Of a stretch of 64,000 nucleotides of DNA, positions 30,866 through 42,027 are shown one piece after another (position 1 is the first letter of the stretch; every line of letters starts with the position of its first letter). Location of the stretch: positions 176,085 through 240,084 of the forward strand of contig CAVUVW010000016.1 of assembly GCA_963745035.1 (NCBI GenBank). Reading direction: 5' to 3'. The DNA comes from an uncultured delta proteobacterium. Its GTDB lineage: Bacteria > Desulfobacterota > Binatia > UBA9968. The position numbers and the translations under genes were made by a program. The notes below the pieces were generated by a model, which did no database searches, was not told the origin of the DNA, and was given only the letters and a program-made list of their open reading frames with translations.

Positions 30866-33800
30866 TCTACGGCGCAACGGCCGGCATCGGCGAGCTGCTC
30901 TCGTTCTTGAAGGAGATTCACGATGACGTCGGCGAAGCGAATGCCTTGATCAGTTTGATGGGCTGGGAGCTGCCGCCCGGCGTGGACGACATCGGCCTCG
31001 CGACGATCGACCTCGGAGATTTTCTCGAAAAGCTCGATGCGGTCATCGGCGCCTCGGACGAGGAATGGGAAGACGAGATCGCGGTCATCAGGCGGATCGC
31101 CGATTTGACCGTCGCGATCAACGCTCTGGTGCAGGCGGTCCGCGCGCTCGCCGACGAACTGCCGACGAAACTGGCGTCGTTCGGCGATTACGTCGACCGA
31201 ACACAGATCCACAAACAACTGCCGCGGCGGCTGTTCGACTTTTTGCTGATAAACTATCTCGCGCAGAAAACCCCGCTCGGTTTCGCCGTTCTCAATTTGA
31301 TGAACGTGATCGACTACCCGCATTTCGAGGCGGACCCCGAGAACTTTCAAGTCGAGCACGTGCGCGCGACCGTCAACTATCATCTTTTCAAAACTTTGGT
31401 CACCGATCCGGCGGCGCTCGCCGAAGAAGCTTACGGATGGGGCACGCCGCAGTTCGCCGTAATGATTTTCTTGCGGCGTCTGAGCCAGCTCTTTCAGACC
31501 CTGGGGCTACGCAGCCGGATACAGCCGCTGGACCGGCGGGCCGAGGAAGTATGGGTGGAGACAACCCCTTCGGAAACGGAACCGATACCGCAGCTCATCA
31601 CTTTTGTCCACGAGGAGCGCGGCAACATCGCCGGGCTGCGGCTCGGCTTTTCGGTTTTCGGCGCGCGCCCGACTTCAGAAGGCGCGCGCGACGGCGGTCT
31701 GGGTTTCGCGCCGATCGTGCGCGGCGAAGTGAAGGCGAGCATTCCATTTTTCCGGTTCGACGATACTTTCATCGATATCTCGGCCGCCGGCGATTTATTG
31801 AAGCGGCTCGCCATGATCCTTCGGCCGAATGAAGATCTGCAAGTTCGTGCCGGCGGCGGCGTGAGCGAGGCCATCACGGGCCGGTTCGCTTTGACTCTCC
31901 GGCACGGCTCACCGGACGGCGCGCCGAAAACGCTCTTGAATTTTTTTCGCGGCTCGGGATTGCGCGCGCAGCAGATTTCCCTAACTGGCGGCATGGACAA
32001 ACAGCCAGATCGTCCCGGCGTGAGCTTTCTGGAGTTAGCCTTGTTGGGTGGCCGCCTCGACTTCTCATTGGATGACGCCGATGACTTTTTGCAGGACGCA
32101 ATTGCGCAAAAGCAGGTCGGTGCACCGTTCGATCTGCGCATCGGCTGGACAAGCGCTAGGGGAATTTACTTTGAAGGTGGGTCCGGCGTGACGGTAACTT
32201 TGCCGGTGTACGCGAAGCTTGGACCCTTGGTACTCAATAGCGTTATCCTAAGGCTGAACGTTGCGGAGGATGGGGTTGGCCTCGAATCGTCTGTGACCGG
32301 CGAGCTTAACTTGGGGCCGTTGTCGATAACCGTGGAGCGATTGGGGGTGCAAGCTTGATGTCTCGTTTGGCAACGGGAACCTGGGCATTTTCGGCTGGTA
32401 TCCCCATTTCAAGCCGCCGAACGGCGTGGGCCTGGCGATCGACGCCTCAGTGGTGGTGGGCGGAGGCTTTCTGCGTTTTGATCCCGAGAAGGAAGAATAC
32501 AGCGGGGTATTGCAACTGGAGATTGCCGAGAAGATCGCGGTCAAAGCGATCGGCATGCTGACCACGCGAATGCCCGGACGGAGCCAAGGGCTACTCGTTG
32601 GTGGTCATCATTATCGCCGAAGGCTTTGCGCCGATCCAGCTCGGCTTTGGCTTTGCGTTGACGGGCATCGGCGGGCTGCTGGCGATCAACCGCACGTTCG
32701 ACGAAGAAGCGCTGCGCGCCGGACTCAAGAACCACACGCTCGACAGCGTGATGTTTCCCAAAGATCCGATCCGCAACGCCCCGCAGATCCTGAGCAACCT
32801 GAATAAAGTCTTCCCGCCCGCCAACGGCCACCATCTGTTCGGGCCGATGGTGCAGATCGCCTGGGGCACGCCGCCACTGATCACCGCCGATTTGGCCGTG
32901 GTGCTGGAGTTCGGCGCGCGGCTGCGGCTGCTGATTCTGGCCCAGGTCGTGGCGATTCTGCCCAAACGGGAAAACGATCTGGTGCGCTTGCAGATGGACG
33001 CCGTCGGCGTGATCGATTTCGATCAGGGCACGGCTGCGCTCGACGCCACGCTCTACGATTCGCGGCTGCTGAAGAAGTTCGTGCTGACGGGCGACATGGC
33101 GATGCGCCTGAAATGGGAGGGCTCGCCCAACTTCGCGCTCGCCGTCGGCGGATTGCATCCGGCGTTTAACCCGCCCGCCAACTTTCCCAAGCTGGAACGC
33201 ATCGCCATCAATCTCTCCTCGGGCGACAACCCGCGCATTCGCTGCGAAGCGTATTTCGCGCTGACCGCCAACACCGTGCAATTCGGCGCCCGCGCCGAAC
33301 TCTACGCCTCCGCGTCCGGCTTCAGCATTCACGGCGAAATCGGCTTCGACGTGTTGATCCAGCTCGACCCGTTTCAATTTCTCGCCGAGTTCTACGCCCA
33401 GGTGCAGCTCAAGCGCGGCTCGAGCAACTTGTTCAAGGTCAGAGTCGAAGGCGCGCTGGCCGGGCCGCGTCCGCTGCATGTCAAAGCCAAAGCGACGTTT
33501 GAGATTCTCTGGTGGGACGTTTCGATCCGCGTCGACAAGACGCTGGTCGGAGGAGAGAAGCCGCCACTGCCGGAACCCATCGATGTGTTGCCGCGATTGA
33601 AAGAAGCGCTGGGCAATCCCGGCAACTGGGTGGGTCAGCTTCCCGCCGGCCAACGCCCGATGGTCACGCTGCGTGAAAAGCCGAGAGCAGCGACCGAAGT
33701 GTTGCTCCATCCGCTCGGCACCTTGACGGTCAAACAGAGCGTCGTCCCGTTGGACATCGATATTTCCCGGTTCGGCCAGGCCGCGCCCGCCGGAGCGCGC

Positions 33801-34380
33801 CGCTTCACGATCAGCAGTGTCAGCCTGGGCGAACACAGTCAGACGACCGAGCCGGTCAAGGAATTCTTCGCCCCGGCGCAGTTCTTCGAGATGAGCGACG
33901 ACGAAAAGCTTTCCCGGCCTTCTTTTGAACCGATGGCTGCGGGGGTGAGCATCGGCTCGGAGGAGTTCGCTTTCACGTCCAAACGCCGACGATTGGCTGG
34001 AAGTCGAAGCGATAAAATTCGAGACGCTTATCATGAACAAAGAGAAGAAGGAATCGCGCCGCAGCGATCCGAGAGCAATTTGTATCAATTGAGCGCAGAG
34101 CTGTTTGGCAAGCAGGCGCGCTTCGGCGCTGCCGGGCAGCAGCGATCTCGGCGCAGCGGCAAAGCCAAATACCGCACGGTGGTGGGCAAACATCGGATTG
34201 CCAAAGAAGGTTGGAGCATCGTGGCCACCGATGAGCTTAACGGTGGAGCCGGTGCCCGGCATCGAGGCGGGCAAGCCCACGATCTATTCCGAAGCGGCGC
34301 AGGCGTTGCGAAAACTGAAACAGCAGGATCCTGCCAAAGCCGCCGGCTTGAAGATCCTGCGACTGTCGGAGTTGTCCTGA
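30850..34380 (+). CDS. large DUF6603-like protein B (several indels after ~32350)
   Basis: Start overlaps the PLD stop by 16 nt. N-domain MGWE...RLFDFLLINYLA...YGWGT, and the C-half is nearly identical to protein A. Confidence 0.72.
32407..34375 (+). repeat. copy 2 of the ~2 kb imperfect direct repeat
   Basis: See copy 1. Differences are mostly third-codon-position substitutions, and the translated stretches are almost identical. Confidence 0.95.
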
Positions 34381-34416
34381 AGGTGAACTCATGGGATTGA
34401 TTTAGCGAGGCTGGCT

Positions 34417-37301
34417 ATGGCTATCCCAACTTCCGCAAATTATGTGTTCCTGCCCTGGGTGCGGCAGGGAGCTGCATCCGGCATTCAGACGCCCGACAGC
34501 TTGAGTGCAAATCAAGCCGGTGTCGTTTCGGTGCCCGTCAAGCTGCGCGTCAACAACACCGATGACATCGATCGGCAAGTGCGCCTGCACGGCCCCGGCG
34601 ATGTCACCGGCATCGATCCGCAGCAGGTGGTGCGCACGGAGCCGCGCCATCTGGCCACGGATTTCGAGCCGAACTACTTTCCGGCCATTGAATTTGATCG
34701 TCCGGACTTTCCCTGGCTTTTCACGCCCGCGAAGGCCGATGCCGCCGGCAAGTTGCGTCCGTGGCTCTGCCTGGTGGTCGTGCGCAAACAGGAAGGCGTC
34801 ACGCTGCGCGTCGACCGCAATCTGCCGCTGCCGGTGCTCGAAATCAAGGCGCCTGCCCGGCCCGAGCGCGAGCTGCCGGATTTGTCCGAATCGTGGGCGT
34901 GGGCGCACGCGCAGGTCGCGGGCAGCCGGCGCGATGCTGGTTCGCTGAAACAATCGTTGGCGGGCGATCCCGCGCTGACGGTGTCGCGGTTGTTGTGTCC
35001 GCGCCGGCTCGATCCGCTGACCGAGTATCTGGCCTGTGTGGTGCCTGCGTTCGAACTGGGACGCAAAGCGGGACTCGGTTTACCGATTCAGCCCGAGGAC
35101 GAAAACGCAGTTGAAACCGGCCTGGACGTCGGGAGCGCAATCTCCTCGCAAGTGACGTTGCCGGTCTATTTCCACTGGGAGTTTCGCACCGGCACCGGCG
35201 GCGATTTCGAAGCGCTGGTGGGATTGCTCGAAGCGCGCGATTCGCGCGAACTGCCGGCGGAAGTCGGCAAACGGCGGATGGACATCAGCCAACCCGGATT
35301 CCAGCATGACGCCGCCGCTGCCATCGGGCACGGCGCTCGAGCTTGAAGGCGCGTTGCGCCGCTTGGATGCGACCAGCTGCCGAATGGCCGGAAGAGACTC
35401 GAAAGCCCTTTCAGAGCGAGCTCAAAAAGATCCTCGATGCGCCGTGGCAGGCCGCGGCAGAGGAGGGCAAAGATCCGCTGCTCGCGCCGCCGATCTACGG
35501 CTGCTGGCAGGCGGCGCGGCACACGGTGGACTTGACTCCCGCCGCCGCCTGCGTCATGACCTGGCTGGATGAACTGAATCTCGATCCGCGCCACCGAGCG
35601 GTCGCCGCGCTCGGCACCGCGGTCGTGCAGACTCAGCAGGAGCAGTTGATGGCCTCGGCGTGGGAACAACTCGGCGAGATCGAGCGGATCAATCAAATGC
35701 GGCGTCAGGCCCAGCTCGGCCGCGCCGTCAATGCCGTCTACCACGCCAGACACTTCAGCCGATTCTCCGAAGAGACGCTGTTGAAAGTGGTCGCCCCGGC
35801 GCAATCGCGGGTCGTCGTCGAACCGACCGGCGCCAACAACGACGCGGATGCTGCTGTCGCAAAGGATTTCGCAATCGGCCATCCCGGCCAGAGCCGTCTC
35901 CGCGCCGTTGCGCCGGTTGACAAGCCCGCGCGGCGTGATCAGCGCGCGCTTTCAGACGGTCGGCGCGCCGCCCATCGCCATCGTGGCCAGGTTGAACACG
36001 ACAGTTCCGATTGTCCAGCTTCAGAAGAACGAAGCCGGTCTGGTGACGATCAACCAGGTTTCCGAACATCAGAGCGGGACATTGGCCGGGCAGATCAAGC
36101 AAACCGTTCGTTTCGAGAATGCTATCAACGCGCTCGACACCACACCGCCTGCTGGGCGACTTCACGATTGTGCCCGAGGGCGCAGCCGAAGCGCAGCCTG
36201 TTGGACTTCACGTCCGGCGCAGCCGGCCGACAGCCCCGACGCGCAGGCGTTTCGGAAGGCGGCGAAGGCGCATCAGGCTTACCTGCAGCAGGCGTTGACG
36301 TCTTCGATTTCTTCGATGAACTTCCGGCGCCGCTCAGATGAACCTGACCGACACCAAAGCGCGCTGCTGCAAAGCATCGATCCCGAAAAGACCATCAACG
36401 CGCGGGTACAGGCTTCGCTCGATCATCGCCGGCGATACCGAGCCGCGTGCGATCCGCTCGAACCGATCCTGGATGCGCCCGAGTTCCCGCAGCCGATGTA
36501 TGAAGCGCTTGCGCGATCTCTCGCAGGATTTTCTGTTTCCCGGTCTGGAGCACGTGCCGCCGAACACCGTCACGCTGCTGGAGACCAACCCGAAATTCGT
36601 CGAATCGTTCCTGGTCGGACTGAATGCCGAAATGAGCCGCGAACTGCTCTGGCGCAATTACCCGACCGATCAGCGCGGCACGTATTTTCGCCAGTTCTGG
36701 GATACGTCGGCGGGCAGTGAGCAACCCGACATCGACACGATCACCAAGTGGGGCGACCGCAAGCTTGGCGAGAATGCCCGCGCGGGCGAGCAAGCTGGTG
36801 CTGCTCCTTCGCGGCGAGCTGCTGCGCCGGTACCCGAACTCGGTGATCTACGCCGTGGCGGCGGTGCGAAAAGACGGGCAGCTCGAGCTGTCGTCCGAAC
36901 CGGCTGATGAACGCCATCCACTCTTTCGCGGCACGCTGAAACCCGACGTCACGTTTCTGGGTTTTGCATCTGAAGCGACGAAGACGCCATCGCCGATCCC
37001 GGCTGGTTCTTTGTCATCCAGCAACAACCGACCGAGCCGCGCTTCGGGCTGGATGTGGCGGATTTCGATGAAACCGCTGCCCGCCTTGACCGACGTGGAA
37101 CAATCTGAGCTGGCGGCATCTGGCCAACACCGAAGAAGAATTGAAGGCACTGTCGCACGCCTCGGTCAAAACAGTGCTGCCGGACATTCCGACAAGGCGA
37201 AGTGGGGCAGGAACTCCGCGCATCAGGCTTACATCACGCTGCAACGCCCGGTGCGCATCGCTATTCACGCAAGAGAAATGATCAAGCAAGGCTCGACGTG
37301 A
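34417..37301 (+). CDS. conserved uncharacterised large protein, core gene 1 (~950 aa, multiple indels)
   Basis: Joined frames give YVFLPWVRQG, GPGDVTGIDP, FEPNYFPAIEFDRPDFPWLFTP, LRPWLCLVV, SWAWAHAQ, SRLLCPRRL, WEFRTGTGGDFEALV, ELNLDPRHR, GLNAEMSRELLWRNYPTDQRGTYFRQFWD, RGELLRRYP, EPRFGLD, LQRPVRIAIHA. Confidence 0.75.
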
Positions 37302-37304
37302 TGC

Positions 37305-40300
37305 ATGCCGACTCCCAATCCTGACATTCCAAACATCCCGAACACGCCCGAAGTGGGGATGCAGCTGTCGTTCGGTCCCGCCCGTCCGCTCGTGTTGTTC
37401 CCGGTGCGGTTGGAGACGCGGTTCTTTCCGCAAGCCGACGGCAGCTCCGAGCTGCGCGTGCGCGTCTATCCCGATAAGGTGCACATCGATTCGCACGAGC
37501 CTGAGCTGACCGCCGACGAGCTGACCTGGGGACAGCATTTCTGGGAACAGACCTGGCGCGCGGGGAACGATGAAGAACGCGGAAAGGCCGCCTGGCGGCA
37601 ACTGGCCGACCGTTTCGATCCGCCGCGTGCCGCGTGGGTCGCCCGCGCGCTCAAGCCGCTGAATCCCGGGGACCGCCCGGCAAACCCGGTCGCCGCCGAT
37701 CAGCCGCTGCCGAAAGCCGCCGCGCTTTCCATCTCCCGCGACGAAGGCCGAGGCGTGGACGCGCGCGCCGGTGACGCGCGTGCTGCCGAACCTGTGGATC
37801 GTGCTGGGTTACAAAAACGGGCGGCTGGTCGTCAACGTCAAGGGTGGGTTGATTCCGGACCCACTGCCGACCGGCCCCGACCCTTCGCCGTCGGCCAATG
37901 TCGATCAACTGGGGATTGACGAGGGCATGAAGTGGATGGTGGATTTCGACGCGGCGGAAAAAGTCGGGATGGGGATCCGCGCCAGACTGACAAAAGAGGA
38001 TGCCGCCGCCGGATTGGATTTTGTTGCTGGTGCTGGGCATCAAGGATTCGCTGGCGGGACGACAGACTGGACGCCGCGGCTGGCGGAATTGTTCAACGCC
38101 CACCATTACACCGACGGGCTGAGCTTCGTGCCGCAGGGCACACCTTCGAACAATACGGCGGATGCGCCGTCCGGCTTCAGCTCGAACGATCCCGGCCACG
38201 AAGCGAGCTATCTGGCCGAACGCGCCGCGCCGGCATTTCAACCCGGCGACGGATCGAATGCCGATGTGCTGACAACCGCGTTTGGACTGGCGAACGCCGG
38301 GCAGGTTTTTGCCAACCTCCCCAATGCCACGGCGAAAGAGCAGCTCGACGCGCGGCACATGAACACCGCGTTGTGGCAGGCGACGTGGGGCTACTTTCTG
38401 TTGCAGATGCTCGGCGTCGGCGCAGCCAGCGAAAGCCCGCTGACCGACGAGGACATCGCCTGGGCGCGCAGCCATTTCATCGATTACGTGCGTGCGAGCG
38501 GGCCGCTGCCGGCAGTGCGCATCGGCAAGCAGCCCTATGGCATTCTTCCCGTGACCTCGCTCAATGCCTGGAAGCCGCCGGCCGGTCAACAGAGCCAGTC
38601 CACGCGCGACGTGGCGTTGCGGGATTTTCTGATCCGGCTGCGCGACATATGGCGGCGCAATTATCCGGAAGTACCGCGCCTCGGCCGCAGCGAGGATCTC
38701 GATCAGGCAAAGGGCATCGACAAAGACCTGGCCGAAGTGCTGAGCATGGACGGCCTGTCGTCCAGTTACTCGATCCGCAACCTGATGGGTCGGCATTACC
38801 TGGAACACCTCTGGGTGTTTTTGAGCGCCGAATTCTTTTTGGACGTCTGGGGGCCGTCGACGAGTCGCTGCCGGAGCCGAGCTCCTGAGAAGAGGAGCCT
38901 CCCGGACTTGTCTCCGCGGGAACGGATCGCGTGGCTCGGCCCAGCAGCAGCAGGACGCTTGCGCGGGCGCATCAACGATGGTCGCGTTAATGGAGGCACG
39001 CAGCAAAGGCTCGCCGTGATCAACGCCAAGCGCGCCTCCACTCCGCGTGGTGGGCCACACAGGAACAGCGCGCAGCCACGTGTTGCAAACGCTGGGCTGA
39101 CGTGGCGACCACGACTGGCGCGCGGCGTGTTTGCGCCGCCCGTCGCAACGCTCAGCGGAGCGTTGGTGCAAGCCGATCAAAGCTTCGTCGCTGTCCCCGA
39201 ACTACATCGAATCGCTGCTCGCCGCGCGCGACCTCGACGCGATTCGCAACGAAACCATTCAGCAACCGCCGCCGCGTACGCTGCTTTACCTGCTGTTGCG
39301 CCATTCGATGCTGCTGGAATACGCCGCCGCCGCGTCGCGGCTGCTGATCAACCGTGGATTGTTGCAGCCCGCGCTGCGCCGCGAGCCGGAGCTGGTGGAT
39401 CTGCCGCAGGGACAGTTGACGCAAACCGTCTGGCGGCAGATGACAACCAACATCAGCGTGCACGGGCGTGGCGGAGCCGATGGAGGTCGGGAAATATCTG
39501 CTCGGTTTCACACCGTCCGGCGAACCTGACGTGACGCGAGAACCCGATCTGAAACCGCTGAGCGAATTCCGCGCCAGCCTGGCGCACCTGAAGTCGCTCA
39601 AGGTCGCCAGACTCGAACAGTTGATGACCGGCACGCTCGATCTGTGTTCGCACCGGCTGGATGCCTGGATCACCTCGTTTGCGACCAAGCGACTGGCCGA
39701 GATGCGCAAAGCAAGTCCGACGGGCGTGCTGTTCGGCGGGTACGGCTGGGTGATGAACCTGAAGCCGGCGGCCGCGCAAACCAAAGTCGCGCCGCCGCCC
39801 GGCGAACAGGAGCCGGTCTTTCAATCGGCCAACAATCCCGGCTTCGTTCACACGCCTTCGCTGACGCAGGCTTCCACCGTCGCGATCTTGCGCAGCGGCC
39901 ATCTGGCCCATGCCGGCAATCAGAGCCGAACGATCTGCTGGCGATCGATCTGTCGTCGGAGCGCGTGCGCTTGGCGACGTGGCTGCTCGACGGCGTGCGG
40001 CAAGGGCAACCGCTCGGCGCGCTGCTCGGTTACCGGTTCGAGCGCCGCTTGCAGGAAGCCGGAAAGCCGCAGTTCATCGCGTTCTTCCGCGAGCTCGCGC
40101 CGCTGGTGGCGCGGAAGCTGGAGCAAACCGATCGCAACCGGTCGAAGCCATCGCCGCCAACAACGTCGTGGACGGGCTGGAGCTGCAGCGCCGCTGGCAG
40201 GCGGCGCTAAGACGATCCGTCACGCCGCTGGCAGCACCGACGCGCAGTCCTTTTCAGCTCGCTCACGAACAAGCCGCCGCATGACCGACCTGACAAACGC

Positions 40301-42019
40301 AAGAGCCGTCTTGGAAGCCGAGCTGAACGCGCTGGCCGATTCGGTCGACGCCGTCAGCGATGCGCTGATGGCCGAAAGCGTGTATCAGGTCGTGCGCGGA
40401 AATCCGTTGCGCGCCGCCAGCACGGTGGAATCCATCGCCGGCGGCGAAACGCCGCCGCCCGAACTCGAAGTCGTGCGGACGCCGCGCACCGGCATCGCGC
40501 TGACGCATCGGCTGGTGACGTTGTTCAGCGGCGATCCGCAGCTTCCGCCCGAATGGGCGCCGCCTGCGGATTCCGTTTCGCGCCAACGCCGAGCCGCACT
40601 TGAACGCCTGGGCGGCGAAGCTGCTCGGCAATCCGGCCAACGTGCGCTGCGTGGTTGAGCGGCTGGAACCGGCGACCGGACAGGTTCTGGAGACGAAAGA
40701 GACTCCGCCTCGACCAACTGCGCCTGGCGCCGCTCGATTTCATCTACGCCGTCGAAGGCGGACAAGGCGGACAGCAGGCGGAGATCGAACAGCGCATCCT
40801 GTACACGATCATGCGCAAGCCGGACGGCTTCGCGCCCGGTTCGCTGCTGCGCGTCAATCCCGGCCGCAAACCGGAATGGAAGGCCAACGAGCTGGGTTAC
40901 GGCGAGTTCAGCGAGTTGCTGCGCACGGCGCGCAAACTGATCACCGGCGCGCGCGGCGATTGACGCCGACGATTTGAACTTGCCGGAGCGCAGCACGGAT
41001 TTCAGCGTGGATGTTGTCGAGCTGGAAAAACGCGCGGCCGGCGCCGAGCAGGCGTTGCGCCGGACTGCCGAACGATTTCAAGGCGCAACTCGCGACGCCC
41101 GACACGGCCAACCTGGAGGTGTTGCGGGAATTGATCGTGCGTTCGGCGAGTTTCGGCGTGGCCGGCGCTGTGCCGCTTTCCGCCGCCGGCGATTCGCCCG
41201 CCGACCGCCAGATGCTGCTCGCGCAGGCGGGCTCGATCCAAAAAGAGCTCGCGCAGCGCGTCGAACAACTCACGGCGCTCGCCGACGGTTTTAACGCCGG
41301 CACGGCGACGGTGGAAGAGCAAGCGCGATCACGCACTGGCGCGGCTGCGCATCGTCTTCGGCAAAGCGTTCGTCGTGCTGCCGCGTTTTACGGCGGCGAA
41401 CGCCGCGGAGCTTGAGAAGGCGCTGGCCGACAGCGCAAAAGTGCAGGACGGCGATCCGTTCGCTTCAACCACCTGGTTCCAGCGGATGGCGCGCGTGCGC
41501 GACGGCGTGGCTCGGCTCAATGCCGCGCTCAATTATTCCGAAGCGCTCAACACCGGCGAAAAACTCAAACTGACCATCGCGCAGCTTCCGTACGACGCCG
41601 ACGACCGCTGGGTCGGCTTGCCGCTCAAAGCCGGGCAGAGCCTGCCGGGCGGAAAACTTTCCCTCGCCGTGCAATCCGCCGCGCCGGTTGACGTGCGCCA
41701 GCCGCTGGCCGGGCTGCTCATCGACGAATGGGTGGAAGTCGTGCCGAGCGCGACCGAGACCACCGGCATCGCGTTGCAGTACGATCAACCCAACGCCGCC
41801 CCGCCGCAAACGATTCTGGTCGCCGTGCCGCCGGAGGTCGAATCGCCGTGGACGGTCTGGTCGTTGCAGCAGGTGCTGCTGGAAACGCTCGATCTGGCCA
41901 GAATTCGCGCCGTCGACCCCGACGCGCTGGACGAAGTCGGGCATTACCTGCCCGCGTTGTACTTTGCTTGCAACACTGCCGGCGATACCGTTTCGACCGA
42001 TTTCACGACGATCAAGTAG
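37305..42019 (+). CDS. conserved uncharacterised very large protein, core gene 2 (~1550 aa, multiple indels)
   Basis: Starts 3 nt after the previous stop. PLVLFPVRLETRF, LRVRVYPDKVHIDSHE, WMVDFDAAEKVGMG, GTPSNNT, RIGKQPYGILPVT, LDLCSHRLDAWITS, LSSERVRLA..LLDGVRQGQPLGALLGYRFER, GLLIDEWVEVVP..ETTGIALQYDQPNAAPPQ. Confidence 0.75.
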
Positions 42020-42027
42020 AGGAAATC

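Noticed and set aside
32541-39180. Long minus-strand ORFs (32541..34280, 579 aa; 37651..39180, 509 aa) and similar shadows such as 14298..15650 (+)
   Set aside because: They lie opposite motif-bearing genes in high-GC DNA, are Arg/Ala/Gly-rich and have no recognisable motifs.
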